From positions 478,144 through 542,143 of the forward strand of contig NMRA01000277.1 in assembly GCA_002633005.1 (NCBI GenBank): a DNA stretch of 64,000 bases, in the 5' to 3' direction. A model generated the notes under the pieces. The model ran no database searches and was not told the DNA's origin. It was given only the letters and a program-made list of their open reading frames with translations. Every line of letters begins with the position of its first letter. Position 1 is the first letter of the stretch. Shown in pieces: positions 24,509-37,600 of this stretch. A program made the translations under genes and the position numbers. This stretch comes from Phoronis australis. Its lineage: Eukaryota > Animalia > Phoronida.

Positions 24509-24660
24509 GTGGAGAAGATCCTTACCTTCTGAATCGCAAAATGTGTTGTAGTTGTATCTAAATGTTACATGACTGTGTTTTCTGTTCACACGAATCGAAA
24601 CCGTACGAAGATCTCCCTTGGCCCAAGTATATTTGTGTCGTCCTTGACCTTCTGCCTTAA
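24509..24660 (-). other. Putative 5'-UTR first exon of MIGA with two candidate donors
   Basis: Minus strand reads ...CAGAAG|GTAAGG...CCACG|GTAAGT. The ATG-bearing exon has its own acceptor (tttcag at 22555) 17 nt upstream of the ATG, so an upstream non-coding exon is expected. The 5' boundary is uncertain. Confidence 0.5.
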
Positions 24661-24851
24661 AGGGTGACGTCTAGTGGCGAAATAATGAACCGATAGTATA
24701 TAGCCCAGTGCCGCCGCACCCCCAGCCCAAGGAGCAGTTGCCGGGCGTCACAAGATGGTTACTCATACGGTTGGGTTATATGAACGTGAAGAGCACAATT
24801 CGTACATCCTAGAAAAAAAAGTAAAATATACATGAAAATTTAATACGGGTT

Positions 24852-24919
24852 CAGTGGCGGATCTACGTTTTCAGCAAGGGGGCCCCCCGGCTTTAGTTGC
24901 TGAAAACGTAGATCCGCCG
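24852..24919. mobile_element. Minimal hairpin MITE of the CAGTGGCGGATC family with 5-bp TSD GGGTT
   Basis: CAGTGGCGGATCTACGTTTTCAGCAA ... TTGCTGAAAACGTAGATCCGCC, with GGGTT at 24847-24851 and 24920-24924. Confidence 0.7.
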
Positions 24920-27552
24920 GGGTTTAGATTCCCACCAAGGTCGAATCCTAGGCGCGTGGCGCCGAGCGGGGGAGGTCAGGAGGGGGGTTTCCCCTCCCGT
25001 GTAAGACATTTTTTTGTTTTTGTAGCCAAATAGTGAAATTTCCATGCATCCTGGTAAGTTTCTGGCACTTAACTTGTCTCTGGTGTTTTTCTTAAGATAA
25101 TTAATTAACTTCTGGATTTCGTCACATGAACTTGGCTCATAAGTTTCGTGAAACCATATTGTGCACATCAGGTTATGAGTCACGCCACCAGCAAAAATTT
25201 CTGTTGGAACATCTGCTCACACACACCTTTTTTAGCATACGAAAATTCGTATACGAAAAAGTGTGGTGTGTATGCATGGGTTAAGACAATTTCCAAATGT
25301 TTAAGAGCATAATTAAGGAGCACCGACGGGGCGTGAAAACTTGAATATCAGATGATCGCATAACAGCAGCCTAAAGTTGTTTAAGAACGAAGACCTGTAC
25401 TGTTAGTCCGGAAATGTCATGTGTTCTGTCTCGTTACGAGAAAAACTGGCGGCGAACGATGGTGCTCTCAACTCATAGTCCATTATCAAAAGCGACAATA
25501 AATAATTAGGTATCACTTTATTAAGCTGAACTTACGTTGACAACAATTGAAAAACGTCAAATCTATCAGGAAACAAATCATCTGAAAACAGTTTCACGAA
25601 ACCGAAACATCCTGTGCACAGTGGTGAAAAGATACACTCATTGCAGAGGGACCAGATGTACACTGAGAGTACACAAAAAGCTGACCTGGTCCGTCACGAG
25701 ACCAAGAGTACACCTGTGTGCTTATTATCCCTATACAAAATTGTCGACCTGTCGCGGGATCAAACAGTACTGGCTGAGATAAATAGTTTTACAAAGCACA
25801 CTTTGGTAAAAAAATCACAAGACTAGTTCGCCGAGGGACCAGAAGTACACTGAAACTCAACATCTACACAAATCAAGCTGGCCTGGTCCGTCGCGAGACC
25901 TAAAGTTTACTATGCAAAAAATTTTGAATTGAAAACTTCTCTCTAAANCACTGAACAAATGATATCGCAGAAGACGTGGTGGGTTGGTTGCAGACGTTTC
26001 GACCTGGTCCGGCGCCAGGTCTTTATCATTGCAATATGCCTCTAGAGACCAAAGACCAACCTTATTCTCTAGAGTAATATCGGAGCCCATGCTACTGGCT
26101 TCACCTCAGTAGTACTGACACAATCGCTAGCAAGAGGCTGACCTTATATACAACAGCTTTAAATCTACAATTTCCAGAAAATAATCCCATGGCGTTTTTT
26201 TTTTCAGCAATGATAATAGCAGTGTTGATTTTTCAAAATCGATGAACTATACACACATGTATGAACTCGAAAATTGAAAATCTATACCGCGGCCGCAACC
26301 CGGCTAGGCTGCATGCTTTTTTACTTGCCTAATTACTGTTGATAAGAGGTCTTCGCATACAATAAACAGCATGTCCAATAGGCTGTTGCAAAAGCTGCCT
26401 GAATTTTAGAAAGCTTTGATAACGACGCCGTGCAAAGAAAATTTTGCTCTTTCCTGGACTCGGGCACGTACATGTACGGTACTACACACCAAAATGAATA
26501 GTGACTGGGTGAAGTTGCCTGTAGCCTTGAGTTCGTACTACAGCCTTGAGAAACGTTTCAGTTTATAAAACATTAGCCTGACACTATAATAACAACATAG
26601 TCAAATGGTTTGTTATTAAGCATGATAAAAAATTGAACCTTCAAAACGTTACTGTCATTGCCAGTGTAAAAATATGATAGCATATTACTGTACGTATTTT
26701 ACCCGCACTAGACCCAACATTTGAAAGTATCCCACGTAACCGAGACCGCCACTCACTGCAACGCAAACCGTTAAACAATTCGGAGAGTCATCGACTGGAG
26801 TTGGCGGCACCTCCTTACTCAACCCTTTTATCATGGACGAAATTGTATACGTCGGAAAACCCTCCCGGTACTCATAAGAGACGGCTTCATAATGGCCTAG
26901 CTTTCTAGTATTGATGCCCGGGCAGCGTGCGCGTACCATGGTGTATGTATAACGCTTTTTATGTGGAAAATATACTCACGTTATATTCCGCTTTCAAGAT
27001 TTTTTGGCGGAATATTGATGCAATGGCAATCGTGATCAAGCCAACCCGCTTCATCGCATTCTACACCGAACGCCTGGTTTGGATCAGTGCCAGACAGCTT
27101 CGCTCGAGTAGAGTTTATTGATGCTGAGCTTGGTTGGTCTACGCCTAGTAGTTTAGTGACTTGTCGACTAGTGTTTATGTAGTTAGTCTATGATATAACT
27201 GACTCAAAAAAGTATGTATCACTGAACGACGTTTAGCTGAATGGCATCCAGTCTCAGTTACATTGGCGTACACTATAGTTAGGCCGGCAAATTGTTTAAG
27301 AATTGTGTGTAGACTTGTGCACAAGTTCATTTTCATCATTACTTATCTGTTGATTTTTTACCAGTTTCCACTCTCGGGGGACCATCTGAGCTCTGACACT
27401 GAAAAATGTTCTGTAATGGTGCCACTGAGCAGTCGGTCATCAAAAAATGTCTCCCGATGTAAAAGTGATTTGAAATGTTGGATTAAAATGTTGTGCTTAT
27501 TCCGCTATACCAAAAATATCAACTTGAAATCTAGAAAAAATGCGTGTTAGTT

Positions 27553-27569
27553 ACTTTCGCTTTCACTTT
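27553..27569 (-). promoter_or_regulatory. ISRE / IRF-binding element upstream of the NB-ARC-TPR gene
   Basis: ACTTTCGCTTTCACTTT is AAAGTGAAAGCGAAAGT on the minus strand (tandem GAAANN units). An extra AGTGAAAGCG half-site lies near 27647. It is about 350 nt upstream of the putative first-exon donor AAG|GTAAGT at 27918. Confidence 0.55.
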
Positions 27570-28666
27570 GACAAAGTATCCGAATACTGCATCCGGTTGG
27601 CATGCAGCGCATGTCTGCTAGCTATATTTACTAATTCACCGACGAGAGTGAAAGCGTCTATTGCCGGGCAGCTGGTTTGACAAGAGTTCACGCGTATGCA
27701 TGTAGCTGGCTTTTCATTGCGAGTAGATTATACAATTCAGTATATTCTCATTCGATGTCATTGACACGTGACAAGTTTATGAGGATTTGAAGACCAAGTT
27801 GAAATCGCACCCGTTCTACTGACGGGTTGGCTTTATTAGAACTTGATTTGCCACGCCACGCCGTTGTGTTGTCGTTTACGGGAGGTGTAGCCTATTGTCA
27901 GTTGGGCAACCTATAAGGTAAGTGCGCCCCGTACTACGTAATGACTGCAGTAACTGTTGTGTCCTGATATGATTCATATGGTACAGACCATATAGGAAGT
28001 GACGACATATTCTTAGATATATGATTAGTGCATCTGACCTCATGTTTTCGGAGAATATTCTTGTTTATTGCAATATCCCATCCCTTATTTAGTAATTACT
28101 ATACAGTAGCTTTACGAATCCTCTAAGTGTTATTGCTTGTAGTTTAGTTAGTTCCAATAAAGTATTTGACACAGCGAGTCTTATAATTATATTCTGACTT
28201 CATAGTATCAGAATGTTAAATACTGCAACCTGAACTTGATGTTAAGACTAACTTAGGTGCATCGGGTTTATTTAAAAAGGAAATTGCTCATGCATAACTG
28301 TACGTAGTCCCGCCGCCAGGCTTAGTCTGCATGCGAAGACTCTGGGTCACCGGCAGTGCAACTCAACGAGGATAACGTCAGAGTGACGTGTAAATATTAA
28401 ATCCGGTCTAGGCTTACTGTAACACAAGACTAGCGGTGAACATGAGTTTCCAGTGGACTGATGTCTGCGATAATCTCGTTTTACTGTTTTAAGAGTGCGT
28501 ATGCCTGCTTTCAGTTCCCGTGTGGCATCAAAGGCACAGCAGTGTGTTCGAGATAGCCGCAACACCAACACGGGACTGTGCCGCAAAGCTATGTTAAAAC
28601 ATGACATCAGTGATGTACTGTACACCTGTCGGCCTGCCACTCATTTAGACAGTTACTGTTAATTTG

Positions 28667-31600
28667 ATGAAAGCAATGACTGAGACCTATCTGCAGCTAT
28701 TCAAGAAGGACTTTGAATTAGGTGACGAGGACGATATATTTGTTGGACGAAGACAGGAGCGTGAAGATATCAAGGCGCGTCTGAAGACGTTCGCCAGTGT
28801 GGTTTCAATTTGTGGACCCCCCTTGGTTGGGAAATCCAGATTGGCAAAGCAGGTAAAACTACAATAGCTGGCAACTGGTAGCTAAATACGTAATTTTCTA
28901 ATCCGCACATGTACATGTATGTGTAGCTGTTTATCCATGCTTGAACGCACATGCCGCGAAGTTATGAACTACATACACAAAAAAACAATAGACAAATATT
29001 TATTTTTGAAACGTTGAAAGTTGCCAATAAACTGACAAAAGGTCTTCTATTTTAGCCACAAATTTCCGGGAAATTGAACAACTCAACATAACAATGTGTA
29101 CTTAGTACGCGTTCTTGTAGAAATTCTTAATTTAATAACGTGGCATTCATCTTATGACCTTCCGCATCACCCTCCAGAAAAGCTGAGTTCAACGGCTTGA
29201 CGGTTCAGGCCTGGGGTGTGTTCCGGGAACAAAGTTTTTTGCTAGAAAAGCGCCCAAGATCACGCAAAATCACGCGACCGAAAGGTTGTAGTAGCCTAGT
29301 GCTTCTGCTGTCACTGAAGCGACTGGTTGACAATGGAGTGCTGAATTACTAGAACCCGAGAGATATGGAATATAATTTACAGTTTACGTTCTATAAACGA
29401 AGATGTGTTAGACGCAAGTGTACTCGGCTGACGAATCGGGCCTGCGCTGGGAACGCAGCTCAGCCCGGTTAATGTCACTCGTTTCCTTCTTGTACGTGAC
29501 GTGTTGAGGTTGTGCTAACTGCGTACGTACACACTCCTTAATTTTTATTGTTAGAGCTTCAGGTAAATAAAATAATTTTGATAAGCCAGTGATAACTACA
29601 TGTATATGTTCGTGACGAGCACGATAAACAAACCTTGTCAGGGACCAGTTCCACCAAAACTCTAATGTTTTTGTCAGTGTAGGGATTTGAAAAAGAGTAG
29701 AACACTAGTTACGCAAAAACATTTAACTTACTTGGGCGGATCCAGGATTTTGAGTTGGGGGGGCAGAGCAGAATTTTAGCCAGGATTTTGCCCGTCAGAC
29801 ATTCGCACCCCCGAACTGCCAAATTGAATTTGGGAGAATTTAAGAGGGGGGGCCAATACTCTACATGTATACATCTATAATTTGTTGGTTGGCGAGTTTC
29901 AAGATGTCAAATAAGCGGGAAGTTAAATTCTTTTACCGAAGTTCAGTTGACATGTGTTCGTAAACATTAAAACAACGCAGCCGTATTATGAACGGCGATA
30001 ACCATATTCACTGTCATTTGTTTAGGTTATCACCGGAAAGGTTTTATCTCTCTCTGGTCTGTGTTGATGGCTGCGCATGCGTGGGGTTATCAGTGCTTTG
30101 ACTTTCCCTTGGCCGATCGATACACATAGACATTACACGAACTCGTGTCCGTTCATATAAAAACATATCAATATACAGCTGTACAAGTATTTGGGAAAAC
30201 GAACTGTAGTCTGTTGTGTGCAAACTGTTCACATTCCGGACGTCTTATATGTGGTGATAAATATGTCAATGACACTTGAGAGCCATTTCAGTCACAGTCC
30301 TGGAAAGCAGTCAGAACTGACGAGGTTTACCTCATTGTATATATCAGAATAATAAATAAATAAATAGAATAACATTTTTTGACTTGTAGTCATTACTAGA
30401 GTATGCACATGCGGGTGCAATGTACGTAAAATGTCATTCTGGAAGAAGCGTTGGTGTCGTACAGAACGCGTATTCTTTCAGCCTGATTGTTATTTTTTCT
30501 TTCAGAATCGCTGTATAAGATTTTTAATGAGAACAAACGAATGAATGTCGCTGTAACAATTTACAGTCATGAGTTATTCTGAGCTGCAAAAGTAGTTCGG
30601 TAACGTGGACACTCAGAAAAAGAATGCTGAACGCCAATTGGAATTGCCTGGTTTTTCCAAGCCCATAGTGTCTAGATTTTTCTGCAGAACTCCAATTCGT
30701 TCAGGTTCACCCTGAAAAATATACGTACTCCTTACAGGTATTTTCACTAATAACGAGGAGAACGTGAGTAGCACCGACTTCACCATTGCTGTCATTTTCT
30801 GTTGTTCGCAATAGCACGTTAAATGTTTCTATGTTTGGGGTTTTCTGAGAATGTGAAACATCAATACTGCTCGATGACTTAAAGATGCTTTTCGCCCTGT
30901 TTTGTTGACGTAGGCCTCTCAACAATTCTTATTGTGGCCGTAGTGATAATTTATTTCCGTTAGCAACAAGAACAGTGTAACCACCAAGGACTCGATTAAA
31001 TGCGCTTGTCCAACCTAAATGTTATGGCTTCGAAAATGGCGCGTTTACGTGAGATCCGAATGAGAGGGAAATTTTATCAGTGTAAGGAGTATCATGAGGC
31101 TTAGAGGAGGCAGTGTGACCTAGTGTGATAGATGTCTGTTTTCTTTCATTGAGGTTGTGGGTTCGAGTCCCACTGGATCACACTGCTAATCCCTTGAGTC
31201 AGGTTTCTAGCTCGGTTTTAACTACATGTTAATAAAGCGTAAAAATGGTTCCAGGTGATCAGTGCACTGTGCCCACTGGTCTGGTACAACGTATTTATGA
31301 GGCCGATTTTCAGAAGCAAAAGTTCTATGTTCATTTTAGGCAGCTAAACATACATGTACGGTGAAATGAGGTATTAACAAGCCTAGCTATTGAGTGGAAA
31401 TAGACGGTGACGATGAGCACTGAAAGATTCGTAATTGCTGAAGACGGAGATGAAAGCATATCGAACCGTGTAAAAAACCACAAAATGTTCTGTTTACCCT
31501 CTCTATGTTATGCTTTGCATCATTACAGGTCTTTGGTGAGCTTCTTCAAGAGAGCCTCGACCGAGAAGTACACGTGCGACTATTTTACGTCAATTTCGGG

Positions 31601-34600
31601 AACGAAAAAGACATTGTTCAATCGAACTTTGCTTCCTTCATCACGCGAACCATTTTGCAGAGTTTATCGTTTCTGTCCGCGTACGGTGGCGCTGACAACA
31701 ATCGTCCTTGTGATGACGTCATATCGCAATTAAACGAGTTCACAACAGATGGCTCGTTTTGTTTGCTACTGTTGGACAACTGCGATGCCGTCGTTTCGCT
31801 TAAAAAGGCGAGAAATGAGTTCAAGTCAGTGTGTTGTTCGATAGCAAGCCATTGTAAAAACGTACGGATAGTGACTACCTCACGCTTTAAGATAAACTTT
31901 GCAAGAGCCCTGGGTAAACGTCACTATAATAAGAAAGTGAACACTCTAACAGTACCGGAAGCGGTTGAACTTCTGGTTAAGGTTGCTCCCACTGTTGAAT
32001 ATGGCGTAAACGCAGAGGAATTAGCGACCCGCTGCTATGGCCTCCCAAAAGTGCTGCTTGTCGTCGCTCGCATGCTGAGCGAGCGCCTTGAAGTTTTGTC
32101 ACCAGAGGAAGTTTGTGAACTTTTAAAACGAATGTCGCTTCTCGATTTCCTGAATTCGAGCCTTTTCACATATGATACTGACGTTGTTAGTGAACTAGAA
32201 TCGTCCCTTAACTTCGTTACCGATTGTGTTCGAACATATTGGGCGGCGCTGAATGTTATGTCTGGAGAGTTTTCCGCCCATGCTGCGTGTGCCATCGTAG
32301 GCGGGAGTTCTGTCGCTGAAGTAAAAGAAAGCGCTCTTATACCTCTGGTCGATCATAACCTGCTGGAGTTCTCGGAATTGAGTAAAACGTTTAGGGTACT
32401 TCCTTTTCTACGCACAATTGTCTCCCAGATAATGTATGAAGTAGCTGAGAGCGACACCATACGAGAGAGATTCGTCAAGTATTTCGGTAAATGTCTGCTC
32501 GAAATTAACCGCCACTGCTCCGGACTCAGTTACTATGACGTCAGCTCCAAGCATGCACATGAAATGACCAATATTCGACAGCTGTTGCACGAAGCCATCA
32601 ACTGTCAGGAAAATGTTTATCCAGTTTTCTATAAGGTAATTTCTTTTCAACGAATTTTTAGTTCCGGGTTGAAAACTAATGTACATGTGTAATCTTGGTT
32701 TCTCGGTATATTAGTTTTCCCATTTGCGTTTTCATTGACTCGGCATCTGCGAATTTTTTGTACTTGTTTTTGCATACTTTTCGTTTTCGTCACATAAGGA
32801 ATGCAGATTTGACACGTCAGAGATCAGTATTCTGAGCATGCGTAGAAGGTAAGCCTAGCAATCAGAAGGAAATTTGGATTTTTTCACACTTTTTTGTGAT
32901 GGTCATTCAAAGAATTGGTGCCATGCAGAATAGCGTTTCAATTTCTTGGAAAGTGGAGGCTTCATATAATTTTTCCAGGCAATAGAATCTTGGCTTGTGC
33001 CATGGTGGTATCTACCTGGTGGAGATTTGTATTTGCAAATCGCGGTAGACAACGACATTCGAAATCACAAGCACTGATCTAGGTGTGGAGAAGGACAATT
33101 ACCGCATTAGCACTGACGTCAGGGCAATAATTACTGGTCTAAGCAAATTAAACTATAGTGTACTAAAACTGGTGAATTTTCGATCTTTTTGACTTTCTAA
33201 AATTAAATTCACTGTGAAAAGTTACATGTATGTTGGAATGAGTTTTCCGATAAAATACTATAAATATTAGACCAAAAACCGATGTCGTCGTTTCTGTTTT
33301 GTTGACCAGTTGACGCCACCGGTGTACGTCATTGGTTTCTATGACTTGTGAGCTCAAAAAACAGGTCGCAGGAACGTTTCCCAATGGGCTTGCTGGTTAT
33401 CAGGTCCAGGGGTCTAAATTTTTTACTCGAACTTGTTTGAAATTTATCTTCTAATTTTGTGTAAACTCAAGACATTTGATCATTTTATGCTCGTGCACAT
33501 AATGGTTTGTGTGAATATTCGTCTTATTCTTGTTTGCACTTGATGACCCCGGAATTAAAGCTTAAAGTTCCAGTCTGAACTCGAAATGTCTGGTTTTTAC
33601 TCGAAACCTCGAGTTTTCAGCAGAGGTTTTAGCTCAAATGGAGTGCTATATCAGGTGCAAAATTTTGATTAGAAACACATCAACTGTATGCATCAACCGT
33701 AATGTACATGCACGTCAGCACTTATACCGAGTTCGCTCAAAAGTGGAATGTAGAAAATACAACCAGGTTAAATTCGATTCCTGGGAAACTGCTTTTCTCT
33801 GGAATGAAAAAAATGTATGAATGGTATTCGTATTGTAACTTTGCTTTAAAATAAGTGTGTGCTGTACTGCGACTTGCTCACTCCCACTGTTTTACACCAG
33901 AAATCAGTGTTGGGTGATTTGTAGGCAAAAGGACCTAATTCGGTGTCGTCGGTATGTCTTTCGTAAAAGCTCACTACAGCCTGCTGGATCGGCATGACAT
34001 TTATAAGGCTATTCTTTACTTATTTTTCACAAAATTTATTGTCAAAATTGCCATTTATTTTACATAAAATAATGAAAAATTTACCAAAAGTTGTTTTATG
34101 ACGTCTGCATAGTACAAAATATATTTATAATGGACTAAATTTTTCTGAATCTTTATTTCTGTGGAGAAATTAAACAATAGAATTTCACTTGTCGGGCATA
34201 ACCTACATGTACATGCACTTTATGCTTAAGAGGTGAAAAATTCTCCTAAATCTCACGGTTTAATATGAGAAATACTGACCAAATTATTAGACTTTTTCAG
34301 CACTTAGTAGAAAAATGGTGTTATCTCTATGGTTTGTATCATGTTAGTAGAGTGTTTCCGATACGTCCGTAGGTTGGAAAAGAAGCCCATTTCTTCCTGT
34401 CACTCGTGGCGCCTAATGAGAGCATTGACTTTTACAATGCATGCCGGGAATCCGCTAAGAAGTTCGGTACGAAAGAAGAAGAAAGTCAGATGCTTGTGAA
34501 TTATGGAGATATGAAATACGACCATCGAGGTTAGTTAAAGCATCTGTTTGGTGGGTACACCGTCACTAATTTCCTCCTCATTTTCCGAATCATTACACGA

Positions 34601-37600
34601 GACCTCGGGTATTTTCGTAGCCTCAAATTTACTATCGAAGGGGAACGTTTTGCGCGTGTGGGGCTCCAGTGATACAGCAACTCGTGACTTTCAAACTAGA
34701 GATTGACAGGTCGCACACGCGCCGACAGCGTTTACCTCGATCTGAGTGGAAATTTTGAGCTTACGAAAAAACCCAAGGTGTTCCGAATAAACGGGCCGCT
34801 GATATAAGGGCTCGTTGTCTCCCATTCAGGCTAAGTACATGTAACCTAGGTGAGAGCCAATGCGTTTCAGTCAGTGAGACAAGACTAATCGTGGCCATTA
34901 CTCCACAGCAGAATTTTTTTAAATTACACTATACAAATAGCTGTTGAGCATACACTGCACATGTATTTGTCTCGACATCCATATTAAATATAAGTTTCAC
35001 ACCAGCTAATTTCCTAACACTGTGGAAAACGCGGACGCTTTATCGGAGACTACCTTCCGCGTCATACGGTAATTAACCTTCTTGGTTTGATACAGTAAGA
35101 CTACAAAATGTATATTAACAGATAAAGAACTATCACTAGTATTCTTGGGTCGATCGTTTAAAGCTTCCAGCTTTCTACAGATTTACAGGACATATGCTAG
35201 ATCCTCTTATTAAAAACGGACTAGCCGGTTGGACACCAATGGCCCAACGCTTTAAATCAAGTACGCTCACACGTTCATCATTGCGAATAACTTTCGAAGT
35301 CCCTGCGTATGCCTGATCTGTCTTCCTTGTGTTTAAAGTTGTTTCATTCACACATTGCGCATATTCATCCAAAAAGTTCTCACTCACATTCTCTGGTTCG
35401 TCCGACGTGTTTGCCCCTGGCGCACAATCTACGGTCAGGGGATTTAAAAAGGAACAAGACTCATCCATTGTCAGCATGTCGGCGGAGTTACAACACCATA
35501 TATATGATATATGGTTCTAAAGGTTGTCAACCAATACATGGATTCATTTTCACTCGCCAGTGCTCTCCTTCACGACTTAGTGTTCAAACAGAACTTTAAA
35601 AAACGCGCTTTTATTGTAAGTTTGTGTTGAAGGCATGCCGGCAGAAGAATGCCAAACGATCTACGAAGAGGCGGAGCAGCTGCTGAAAGACTTTCCCAGA
35701 AGTGACGTCATGTCAGAGCTCCTGGTTAAAAAGGGGTGGGTGCATTACAGATCAGGACAGTTCCGGGCATCCGTCAGGTAACTGGTTAAGTCGTTTTGTA
35801 TGCCTGGTACAGAATTGCCATTTGAATTCCTGGACGTGCATCTAGAGACGATGCAATCGTGACTTGAACTGTTTGGAGGATATCTGTTTTTAAAAATGTT
35901 TAGTTTGTGTCACCAAATAAATGACTTTTTGTCGGTTAACCGTGGCGAATTTGGGGAGGCAAGGTGTCCATGCCTTCAAAAATTCTCCCAATTCCATTTG
36001 CCTGTTCGAGGGTGCGAAAGTCTGAAGGGAAAATCCTGGCTAATGCCCTGCCTTGCCTCCCCCCCCCCCTTCAATTCAAAATCCTGGATCGGCTCCTGGT
36101 GAAGTGGTGCTCGTCCTGTTTGAGTGTGTAGAAATTCACCGTCGTAGCCGAGTTTTTATACTCTTAAAGCAATATAAGACCCTCTTCCATCACGAAAACC
36201 AACTTTTGATTTAGACCAGTTTTCGTGAAATGAGTCCCTATGTCAAATTAAATGTGATTTTGGGATTTCAAAAGAAATTTCGGTTCTTTCCGCTTAAGAT
36301 CAGACTCTACAAGTTGCTTTTAATAGCAGTAATTATTTTTAGTCCGAATATGATTTCAACTATTCATTTTTTGTAAACTCACAAATCGTTTCTTACATGT
36401 ATTTGGTTAAAGAACAAATTGGGAGTAGTCACAGTTAACTGTGCGTAGCTTACATGTAAATCAAAAGATCTCATTTCAGACGGTACGGTGGTTTATCACC
36501 TCTCACCTTGCCATCCCCAGATCATTACGTTGATTGAAACTCCATCATGGCTTTGTTTTATGACTTGGCATCCGTGACGGTGTGGTGAAGGCTTAGAGCG
36601 TATTAAGATTTGGGATCCGTAGCATTACACTTACAACACTTTAGCAAAAATACACTGAATTAGACGTCGTTTGCATTTTCAAAATCTGGTGCGCAACACG
36701 GACGAGTTTGACAGAGACGAAACGCAATGTCTTTCATTCACAGAAATTTCGATACGTTCCACATATTATGTGAAACCTTTGAATATCCGACCCCACAACA
36801 GTGTCGACTCGCCAGCATAATGGGCGCAATGCCGAGCCCAAATGTATGTTGGGCCGTTGAGGGGAAAGTGTTCCCGTAAAATTAAGCTCGTAATTACGAG
36901 CGTAAATTAAATTGCAAAAATGTTGCAGTAAAATACGCCCGTAAATCAAATGGGGGAAATGTCGCCGTAAATTACGTCCGTAAAATACCTTAAAAATATC
37001 ATCCAGATGCTAAAACACTTTTTAACACCAGCAACGCAAGTATTGTTCATAAAAATATTGTTTTTGCTTCTTACATTCCACAGAAAGTAATTAACTGCGA
37101 CGCAAATCACACCGCCCATAAGTCGTAGCCCCTTCGAGTGCCCCAGGAAAAAAATCTCAACCAATCAGCGTAAAGTGCTTCATATGACATCATCGTGACC
37201 ACGGAATTACTCGGAAGCCACACTGCGTAACAGCTGAGTGCCATTTCTTGGACGTTCTGTACTTGACAATCTCTGGGCTAAGATGCTTCGTTGCGTGGTG
37301 TACGGGTGTACCAATGTCAGCGGCAATGGCATACATGTACATTTGCATAACTTCCCCACCTATCCCGCCCTGTGCCGTCACGGTGCTTGGAATAGATTCT
37401 AATCTGGCGACAAAATTCCCAACATGAAAGTTTTTGTATCAAGCAAACTACACTTTGTAATAAACATTGTGCAAATTGCCTGATAACAATTCAGACGAAG
37501 CGTTTCTGTTCCTGTGGATCATGCTTTGCAAATAAATCGCCATGACACGTCAACATGCAGAGTAGATCTCGACCAATAGCTAATATCACCTTTCCAAGTC

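Noticed and set aside
31108-31190. Functional tRNA gene
   Set aside because: It has A/B-box-like motifs but no complete cloverleaf, and continues into a body shared with other dispersed copies, so it is a SINE head.
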